Below are positions 57,401 through 64,000 of a stretch of DNA of 64,000 nucleotides, piece after piece. How positions within the stretch are numbered: position 1 is the stretch's first letter; every line of letters starts with the position of its first letter. Below the pieces are notes generated by a model. That model worked only from the letters and a program-made list of their open reading frames with translations, was not told where the DNA came from and did no database searches. Both the position numbers and the translations under genes were made by a program. The stretch spans positions 66,216 to 130,215 of the forward strand of contig JBAZWB010000002.1 of assembly GCA_041660605.1 (NCBI GenBank). The letters are read 5' to 3'. The stretch is from Patescibacteria group bacterium. GTDB taxonomy: Bacteria; Patescibacteriota; Patescibacteriia; UBA10025; JAHIVO01.

Positions 57401-60400
57401 CGGCGTTTTTCGATACGCCAGTTATTAGAGTCGTCCTTTCCAGATATGTACATATAACTGCCATCAATAGCTATGCCACCTGCATTCATCCCATCAACAC
57501 TGGTAACGGTTCCACCTGTACCAAAACTTGCGTACAAAGAGCCGTCGGATAACAACCTTTTTTCTATACGCCAGTTACTGGGCGGCGTAGTCGCGCCAAA
57601 CACATACATATATGTTGAGTCAATGGCGATTCTTCTAGCACCATTGCCTCCAGCAGGTCCATTTACTACCCCCCCAATGCCAAAGGTCCCAGCTGAACAG
57701 ACGCCAGCAGCACATAATTCCCCGTCAGCTGACCGGCGTTTTTCTATATGCCACGTTGCGTCATCATTCGAACCTATGGTGTACATATAATCAGTTTCAA
57801 GGGCTACGTCATTCGCACTTGACGTTGAAGCTACTTCCACTATTCCATCTCCATCAAACGCTCCGCATTGCAGGCCGCCGGCAAAAGCGACCGGATCAAC
57901 CTGCGTATCAATCCAAATAATATGCGGATTGCCCAAGGCATCCAGTTTAACGCTGTTTAAGCGCGAATGCCAGTCTGATGACGCGTCAACAGTCAAATAT
58001 AGATCATCATAATTTAATAGGCCGCCGGAATCCCCAGATGCCGTTACCCAGGCGCCGCTGCCACCGGAAGACAAAGGGCTCCAATAGCGGTAGCGCACAT
58101 CAGCGATCCCGCGCCAAGCCAAGTCGTCGCCCCAAACCACGTGTGGCCTGTCTTGGTCATCAAACGTCAAATCCATGGAATGGCTGGCATGAACCGTCAT
58201 TTCCGGTTCACCCACAGCCGGACGATTAGGCCAGATATCATCAAACTGCCCATCTACTGGATTTGCATCCACCCAATCCTTAGCGGCCGTATCCCACTGC
58301 AAAAAGATTAAACGCCCCGGATCGCGCCAGAGCAAGCCCGGTCGGTTGTCAGAAGTCAGGGCAATTTTGGGATCAGCGCCTTCTGGATTAGGAATACCGA
58401 TGCCCCAACTGTTTGAATCAATATTAGCCGATACGTCATCATCAGGGCCGTCAGCAGGGTCAGCGTCCACCCAACCGCTACCATCCCACCAGCGGTAAAA
58501 AATTTCTTCGCCCGAAGCAGTACTGGCCGCGGTATTTTCCTGCCAGACAATGTGGGGCCTTTGCTCCGGCGTCTCATTGCCCAGGGCCAGTCTGGGATTA
58601 TTAGATTCAGTAGCGGTATTGCTGACATTAACAAAACCATTGGCCGTACCGTCAGCCGTCACCCAAGCCGTGCCATTATTCCAGCGGTAATATATTTCCG
58701 CTAAAGCATATGAATCTTTTCGATAAACAATATGCGGATGATTGTTTCGGTCTATTTCCATAGAGGGCATATAACTCCCCGTATCAACCTGGCTCGGCGC
58801 TTGCCAGGACCTCGCCGTACTGTCCCAGGATGAATAATAAACAATGCTATTTTCGTCCCAAGCCAGATGCGGCAGGTCATTGCCGTCCAGCGCTAAAGAG
58901 AGACGTTCGGCATCCTCGCTCTCTTTACCGGCCGGTTTTGCAACCTGGCCGTTAACGCCCGGCTGGTACTCACTGTCGTCCGCGGTCAGCCAGCGGCCAT
59001 TTTTGTATTTAATATAATAAATGACATAACTGGCGGTGGCATCGTTATAATTCACCCAGGCCAGATGCGGATCTCCGGCTGAATCAATGGCGATGTCCGG
59101 ATATCCCGGATTATCATAAATATTAGTGGCTACTTTTTTTGTATTACTGACATTAACGGCCGGCAGCCAGCGCGAGCGCGTGCTGAAATCGTTCTTTTCC
59201 GCGTTCCAGCCCCATCCGAACAGGCTATATAACGGTATTTCATCGGGATTCAAATCCGGATCGCCAAGGTACGACTGGGTATCTACGCTAGTGCCAACCG
59301 TACTGTAGCTCCCCTTATTACCCTGCCCATCGTCATACTCTCCGCTCCAGCTGATCCAGCCCCAGGCACAAGGCTGTGTTGAGCCAGCGATACCGCAGTT
59401 ATAGCCGGCGCCGATGTCTTTCAAGGACATAATGCGGGCCCAACCGTCTATGCCATGCGTCGTGCCGTTAAAATTGGAAGTAGCAAAAGTATGGCACACG
59501 TCATTTACCGGATCAATCGTACAGGTGCCTGCTTGCCCACCCGAGGCGCTACGGCTACAGGTATATCTTTTGTCATAATCAAACAAACAAGTGGCCGATG
59601 CCGGCACGGCGCAATGAGTCAAATTCACCGTGGTGCACCAAGCGCTATTATCGGAGCACTGGCCGTACATATTACCGTCTTTATCATAGCAGTAGCCATA
59701 AGTAACTCCATCCGGCGGACTGCCGGCGCTCTCATTGCAAGTGTTTGCCACGCCACAATCAATGTCAGTGTAACAACCCTTTTGCGAATCATTACTGCAG
59801 ACGCTCTCATATGAACTTATCCAGCCTAGGCCGGTGGTAACTGGTTCTGCTGCTGGTGATATTTTATAAATAAAATTTGTACCATAATCTGTTGACCAGA
59901 TACTGGATCCGTCATTTATGATCTGCTTAGGCTCTGACGGATTTCCAAAGTCAAACCTTTTTATGGTGCTCTGATTAATGGGATCTATTTGATAAACAGA
60001 ATGTTTCTGCGCATCCCCCAGCCATAAATTACCGTGAAAATATTCCAGCCCATACATGTCATCGCCAGTCCAGTCGCCATCAGTTATTTGAATAACATTG
60101 CCATTTGCTGGATCGAGCCTGGTCAGTCCCGACTGGCGAGCTACCCATAGATATCGGTTGTCAAAAGCCAAGTCATACGGCTTAGTTATGCCTGCGCCTA
60201 AATTGTAAGTATTATTTACTGAACCATCTAAACCAATTCGTGAAATAAAATTACTGCCGTAGTTTGGCGCCCAGACATACTTGCCGTCAAACAGCGGCCA
60301 GGTAGGCGAACTGCCGACTCCATAACGGGCTGATTCTACGCCGTCACTCACCCGGATTCGCGATACTTCCCCAGCCACCACATTATGAGTCACCCACAGC

Positions 60401-63400
60401 TCTGCTTCAACATAAACAATCCCCTCTAAATTGCAGGCGCCGGTATCGCAGCCGGAAATCGCTATAGAACCGCCAGTCTGAACCGGAAAAACCGCGCCAT
60501 TGCTTGGATCAACTTTGTATATTATCCCGTCGCCAGCTGAAACCACCCACAGATTGGTGCCGTCATAGGCTAGGCTCCGTAAATTATTACCAAACGCAGC
60601 GCATGGTGTAGTAGGCGGCAATAGAAGATGATCTTCTCCGTCATCACAATCCAACTCATGCCCCGTTGCCTTACTAATACGGGCCAAACGGCTGTTGGTG
60701 CCCGATTCCGCGCCCAGTACCACCCATATTTCTCCCACGCCTACTTTAGCTACGCCAAAACCCTGATCCATGCCCAGATCAGCACTGTCGCTTTTAGTCC
60801 ACTCGTCCTCTAATGCCTGACCGGAGGCGCTCCAGGCATAGCCCTCCAGCGGATTAAATTCCCGCGACTCCACGAAATGGGTATTCAGTCCCCAGTGATT
60901 GGCCGCACCGCAGCTGTAATCGCTCTGGTCATAGCGGTTCAGGCAGTTAAATGACACCCAGCCGATATTTGACGACCAGGCCCAGCCGACCACGTTGTTT
61001 TTCACCAGGAATAATGTCGCTTCACTCCCGAAATTAGTCGGCACGCAGCTGCGGTCCTGGACACAGCCAGTGGAATCTATGACAGAATCTTCGCCATTGC
61101 GGGCTTTAACTTTAAAATCATATTTGACGGAAGCCTCCAGGTTGGTAATATCCACTCCCGCGTCTCCGCCCCAGTCCGCCCGCGATCCCCAGGCAACGAC
61201 ACCTGGCGCCGGATCATAACCATTTGCGCAGTCGGGATTATTCACCGGGTCAACGGTGGTAAAGTCTATCGAACCATCAGATTTAACATACTTTTCCCCG
61301 GCCACTGTGCCGTCGGCATTATACTTGGTAACGCAAATGGCGTACTGGGTATATTCAACCGGTACGGTAGGATTGTCATCAGAGCGCAGGCGCAGGTTCA
61401 TGGTCGTACCGTCAACCGTATAAATGAACGGCCGCCTTGGCGCCCAGGCCAGCGTATAAATGCATTCTCCCGGATTAGGGGGGATAAAACCGCTGTAATC
61501 TCCGGTACCGTCATTCGGATTTGAGCAATCGCCGTTGCATGACTGCACCTGGTAGCAATACTCCCTGTTTCCCTCTAGGCCATTATCAGTAGCCTTGGGG
61601 TTCTTGCGGTATTCATGGAATCCCGGATCACTCCCGGCTCCATAATTACCGCTATTTTTTATTTCTTCAAAAATAATTCCCGAACTGCTCTCCAATAAAT
61701 TTGAGTAGTCACTGACCTCGCCGGCATCCAGGCTGATCGTTTGCTCTGCGCGATCTAAAAATTGTATAGACGCAGGTGTTTGAATTGAAGTATAGGCCGA
61801 AGCGGTCGATGACTGCGGCCCAGCGCCAGAAGCATTGGAGGCCTTGACATATACCTGATATCTGGAATTTGGATTCAGCCCTTCCTGTAAATATTCATCG
61901 GTAAATATCGGCACTTTTCCATTGAGGGACAGGCCGGTCAGTGCATCAAAAATTTCATATGAGGTAGGTAAGGGAAGTCCTAGCGGTGGACTCCAGTTCC
62001 ATCTGATTGAACTCAAATCCTGGGTGGTATGGTTAGGCGCAGGCAAGACAGGCCAGAGCGGAGCGCACGGCGGGGTCAGTCCCTGTGCAGTACTGCCACC
62101 GCTATAGCTGGTGCAATCATTCAAATGAGGGAGATCATTGAGACATGCCCCGGTGTCATCCTGATTTTTCGCCCTCATATGGAATATATAGGTCGTATTG
62201 CACAGAGATAAATCTTTAAATGTCAATATTCCGCCATCCGCGCCGGCCAGTCCTAAGCCGCCTGAACTAGTTGGCTCAGTCTTAGTCCTCCAGCCATCAT
62301 ACCCCGGATAATCATTCCAGCTTGTTCCGCCGTTGGTTGAGTATTGAATCTGATATTTTGTAAGGTGGGGATTGCCGGTAAGGCCAGTGACGGTTACCTT
62401 ACAATTTTGATTGTCTGTTGTATCATACTTACATTCTACCCCGATCAAAGGTTTTTTAGCGGCTGTAAAGGCTGAAATAGTAGCAGTCTTTTGGCCCTCC
62501 CTGCCCCGGGAATCAACTGCCCGCAAATATGCCGAATACTGCGTATTCGGCGTTAAGGAACCGCCCCATCTGTCTAACATCTGCGTAAAACTAGTTAGTC
62601 CTCCAAAGATGTCTGCTCCTATTTGCGTACCACCAAAATCATAAAACTTGTAATAATCTACGGCTAATCCACCCACCGGTGCTTGCCATGACCATCGCAG
62701 AATGGTATATACTGGATTGTCGGCATGGGCAAAACTGCTTGGCGGGCAGGGCGGCAGAGTGTCGTACCGCGAGGTGGCAGAATATGCCGTCTCTACCAAA
62801 TCAAAATTTCTTGCTTTGACTCGATAATGATAAAAATAATTCGCGTCACAGGTTATTCCTCCGGATTCCCTATGGGTAAAAGTGAAATTGCGCGGCTGCG
62901 CGGTCCAGTCCATCGCCGTTTTTCCGCTGCCCCAATTTGGCGTAGTACTAGTGGTATTGCTATATTGAATAAAATAATGAGTACCATCAGGATTATTGGC
63001 GGTATTTATGGTCACCCTACAATAATATCCAAGCGCGTCATAGCCGCACGTCACCGCACCAACATCTAGCAAGGGCTGGTCCGCTAAGGAGCAAAAATGG
63101 GTGACCGCTGACATGGGGGTATAGAGAGTGCAAGGTCGGTCTTCGAGAGCGCAATCAAGATCGTTTTCGCAAACGTAGTTGTTTCCACATCTGCCAGCTA
63201 CTTCTCCCTCGACTTGCGGAGTATCGCGGTTCCGTGATTTGGTGGTGAAATCAAGGCAGGTATTCGGACCGATAGCGCTCCCGTCCACCTTTGTGGACAC
63301 GGTCACGGGCGCGGATAGCGGCACGTTAGTCCCGGTAGGGGTAGGATCCCACTGGCACAACCCGTCAAAATCAGCATCAGTTGGATCATAGAGATCGCAC

Positions 63401-64000
63401 CAGACACCGGCATCAGCGGGATTCGTTGTCCAGCTGCCATTGTTCTTCAGGTAATGGCCGCAACTGGTTGAGTCACAGATGGCATAATCGGTATTAGTGG
63501 GGTTAATAGCTTCGGGAGATGATGGCGGATCCGTATTGATCTGGACCTGTATCGAATTCACTGTGACCGCACCAATCTGTGGCGCACTCTGGTTGCGTGC
63601 GCGGGTGGTCTCCATGGAGAAGGCCGTCGGCGCAGTCCTTATGGCATCACCGTTTGTCGCGTAGGCGCCAATCGAATAATAGGTGGTGTCCGGCGAAAAA
63701 TCATTGGGTGTCGAGTCATATCCAACCAAATTTAGATACGGGGGCATATCCATGCCAACATGCGGAATAGTGCCCTCCATGTTATTCCATTCATCTAATG
63801 TTTGGGTGACTATACTATTACTGTTAAGCAAAAAAACTGGATAAAATCCAAAGTGGGCTCCTGTTCCGCCAGCTATGCTCCTGCCGTTCCAGCTGAAAGT
63901 AAAATCCTGGAGAGGTGGTATCAAGCCGGGATTAGTAACGTTCTTAATACGAAATTGGGAGTATTCGATCGAATCAGTAACCGGCGCGACATTTCCCAGG
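54421..64000 (-). CDS. Giant extracellular repeat protein (>3,190 aa; N-terminus lies beyond the window) with delta-60-type and propeller-like repeats
   Basis: The ORF tracker start at 63924 is a TTG; the frame stays open to position 64000; about 8 tandem ~60-aa units (YMYIxG...W[RH]IEKRRLxDGxL...FG.GG); NHL/propeller-like YLWV/NLWV repeats; Cys-rich segments. Confidence 0.85.
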   Translation of the reverse strand, partial: LGNVAPVTDSIEYSQFRIKNVTNPGLIPPLQDFTFSWNGRSIAGGTGAHFGFYPVFLLNSNSIVTQTLDEWNNMEGTIPHVGMDMPPYLNLVGYDSTPNDFSPDTTYYSIGAYATNGDAIRTAPTAFSMETTRARNQSAPQIGAVTVNSIQVQINTDPPSSPEAINPTNTDYAICDSTSCGHYLKNNGSWTTNPADAGVWCDLYDPTDADFDGLCQWDPTPTGTNVPLSAPVTVSTKVDGSAIGPNTCLDFTTKSRNRDTPQVEGEVAGRCGNNYVCENDLDCALEDRPCTLYTPMSAVTHFCSLADQPLLDVGAVTCGYDALGYYCRVTINTANNPDGTHYFIQYSNTTSTTPNWGSGKTAMDWTAQPRNFTFTHRESGGITCDANYFYHYRVKARNFDLVETAYSATSRYDTLPPCPPSSFAHADNPVYTILRWSWQAPVGGLAVDYYKFYDFGGTQIGADIFGGLTSFTQMLDRWGGSLTPNTQYSAYLRAVDSRGREGQKTATISAFTAAKKPLIGVECKYDTTDNQNCKVTVTGLTGNPHLTKYQIQYSTNGGTSWNDYPGYDGWRTKTEPTSSGGLGLAGADGGILTFKDLSLCNTTYIFHMRAKNQDDTGACLNDLPHLNDCTSYSGGSTAQGLTPPCAPLWPVLPAPNHTTQDLSSIRWNWSPPLGLPLPTSYEIFDALTGLSLNGKVPIFTDEYLQEGLNPNSRYQVYVKASNASGAGPQSSTASAYTSIQTPASIQFLDRAEQTISLDAGEVSDYSNLLESSSGIIFEEIKNSGNYGAGSDPGFHEYRKNPKATDNGLEGNREYCYQVQSCNGDCSNPNDGTGDYSGFIPPNPGECIYTLAWAPRRPFIYTVDGTTMNLRLRSDDNPTVPVEYTQYAICVTKYNADGTVAGEKYVKSDGSIDFTTVDPVNNPDCANGYDPAPGVVAWGSRADWGGDAGVDITNLEASVKYDFKVKARNGEDSVIDSTGCVQDRSCVPTNFGSEATLFLVKNNVVGWAWSSNIGWVSFNCLNRYDQSDYSCGAANHWGLNTHFVESREFNPLEGYAWSASGQALEDEWTKSDSADLGMDQGFGVAKVGVGEIWVVLGAESGTNSRLARISKATGHELDCDDGEDHLLLPPTTPCAAFGNNLRSLAYDGTNLWVVSAGDGIIYKVDPSNGAVFPVQTGGSIAISGCDTGACNLEGIVYVEAELWVTHNVVAGEVSRIRVSDGVESARYGVGSSPTWPLFDGKYVWAPNYGSNFISRIGLDGSVNNTYNLGAGITKPYDLAFDNRYLWVARQSGLTRLDPANGNVIQITDGDWTGDDMYGLEYFHGNLWLGDAQKHSVYQIDPINQSTIKRFDFGNPSEPKQIINDGSSIWSTDYGTNFIYKISPAAEPVTTGLGWISSYESVCSNDSQKGCYTDIDCGVANTCNESAGSPPDGVTYGYCYDKDGNMYGQCSDNSAWCTTVNLTHCAVPASATCLFDYDKRYTCSRSASGGQAGTCTIDPVNDVCHTFATSNFNGTTHGIDGWARIMSLKDIGAGYNCGIAGSTQPCAWGWISWSGEYDDGQGNKGSYSTVGTSVDTQSYLGDPDLNPDEIPLYSLFGWGWNAEKNDFSTRSRWLPAVNVSNTKKVATNIYDNPGYPDIAIDSAGDPHLAWVNYNDATASYVIYYIKYKNGRWLTADDSEYQPGVNGQVAKPAGKESEDAERLSLALDGNDLPHLAWDENSIVYYSSWDSTARSWQAPSQVDTGSYMPSMEIDRNNHPHIVYRKDSYALAEIYYRWNNGTAWVTADGTANGFVNVSNTATESNNPRLALGNETPEQRPHIVWQENTAASTASGEEIFYRWWDGSGWVDADPADGPDDDVSANIDSNSWGIGIPNPEGADPKIALTSDNRPGLLWRDPGRLIFLQWDTAAKDWVDANPVDGQFDDIWPNRPAVGEPEMTVHASHSMDLTFDDQDRPHVVWGDDLAWRGIADVRYRYWSPLSSGGSGAWVTASGDSGGLLNYDDLYLTVDASSDWHSRLNSVKLDALGNPHIIWIDTQVDPVAFAGGLQCGAFDGDGIVEVASTSSANDVALETDYMYTIGSNDDATWHIEKRRSADGELCAAGVCSAGTFGIGGVVNGPAGGNGARRIAIDSTYMYVFGATTPPSNWRIEKRLLSDGSLYASFGTGGTVTSVDGMNAGGIAIDGSYMYISGKDDSNNWRIEKRRLSDGSLVDSFGTAGIITGASDSNKAQDIVIDDNYLYVAGFNDSNKGRIEKRSLDTGALCTAGTCSDGDFGDAGSGIITVAGTNVTLYSIKIDSEYMYIGGTVANDWHIEKRRLDTGALCTAGACPAGDFGTGGVIAGQSATLILGELDIDQEYIYIAGNDEFEEDLRIEKYNINTGALCTAGACPAGDFGDAGSGVVTGAAASKYVNGMAIDTAYMYIVGSGDDGNWRTEKRWLTTGALDNFGSSLDCTNPQYPYCITYSWPSSAEKYCVASDLKYNRWTPGKFKSGLGWLEVMPVGALIGIPWVNTMYSDIYAQENIQLAPPPRGSEDFTSTYLILADGSIQGIPSYYSQTQTGLPTSGFYQQGLDSLIGGKCSLPAYVSEISCADHGGSWTAGAGFPLGQNVLETLDIDGLVANTGGLNRNGNRVQTQVDASGSVVDISNCSITHGSMALDGQIYHFSGADHYVINNEMTFENGFNGTSGNGLIVIDGDLEINDNTYYNSGTLDSISEMASAAVIVRGNIYINSTVDQLAGVFVAIDPDTTDDVVKGVISTGRRLPVSQTVQAGVDDAYVSKAGAVYNNVNDGDSLKFGLDAGVTYRSYLRWGFGTGGLNIPPNSEIKSAKIKLTGDNAVAGDFIGRIYLANYNDIYAFNHTVPPPSFQNPNAQNLYDIPTSNSVSYDVTDWVDNGENITPDIKSLVQKYINSDEYEKTYYDNATSYMGVVLKEGDASGDEYRSFSSVEDGSPAELIIEFSPQQVNYDITDLGNDTAALPGSYDQGAACMNIGWNAGSAERTYLRFKGINLPANVEILDAHLRASVCDSGGVGFQTRQGLVRDYPDFSSNPYGALMTDDVSETAQNISDTEWTTDETVYLRDITTLVESFIGRGDYQPGVSGKSEMVLRLRRGNDTVETTAGDGEYRGLKEGTGNLVVNYRLPLQVSGLFVAKGYSFDRKYSKDLAPSEQIVYDGRVVANTPPGLSDFTKALPVYQQVIP

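Overview
This 64-kb window reads like a segment of a small, reduced bacterial chromosome. I cannot confirm taxonomy from sequence alone. My guess is a Candidate Phyla Radiation (Patescibacteria-like) organism, based on the gene content: many type IV pilus genes, a 23S-IVS-type four-helix-bundle protein, a giant >3,100-aa surface protein, a YhbQ-like GIY-YIG gene, the standard genetic code, and GC roughly in the mid-40s percent. Orientation is extreme: every confident gene except one (11152..11640) lies on the minus strand. Housekeeping genes (uppS, a polyprenyl synthase, rdgB, tkt-rpe-rpiB, corA, an Nramp transporter, ndk, gatCA, ligA) are interleaved with accessory blocks. The largest accessory block is a split type IV pilus locus. 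One half carries pilM, pilN, pilO, pilB, a CheY-like regulator, pilC and a pilin (45.7-53.9 kb). The other half carries pilins, pilD, four minor pilins and a PilX-like protein (27.1-32.4 kb). Between the two halves sits an ~11-kb glycan-biosynthesis island (32.5-43.9 kb) with a Wzm permease, a Wzt ATPase fused to a methyltransferase, five glycosyltransferases, and a GT2-Wzy_C (O-antigen-ligase-like)-TPR fusion immediately upstream of the major pilin. I interpret this as an ABC-transporter-dependent glycan pathway that decorates pilin or another surface protein in an organism that makes no LPS. Other notable structures are listed below.
- Fic-HD operon (4.3-6.2 kb): bounded by 64-bp imperfect direct repeats, with a triple 11-bp-periodic operator, followed by a more AT-rich block of small ORFs.
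- A ~200-260-nt structured repeat present twice (17.5 kb, 24.8 kb): core identical, flanking hairpin different in sequence but still a hairpin, reading frame not conserved between copies. I think this is an ncRNA or repeat element rather than a gene.
- tRNA-Pro(GGG) locus: the tRNA sits inside a 14-bp leader/trailer inverted repeat, with an adjacent tRNA 3'-half fragment and tandem repeats carrying acceptor-stem copies. This looks like the scar of an integration hotspot.
- GIY-YIG gene (44.2-44.5 kb): sandwiched between copies of a ~150-nt palindrome-bearing repeat.
- MgtE N-domain/CBS protein (19.1-20.3 kb): lacks its own pore domain and sits directly upstream of the Nramp transporter.
- Giant secreted protein (54.4 kb to window edge): built from delta-60 and propeller-like repeats, truncated at the window edge.
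No CRISPR array, rRNA or transposase was seen.
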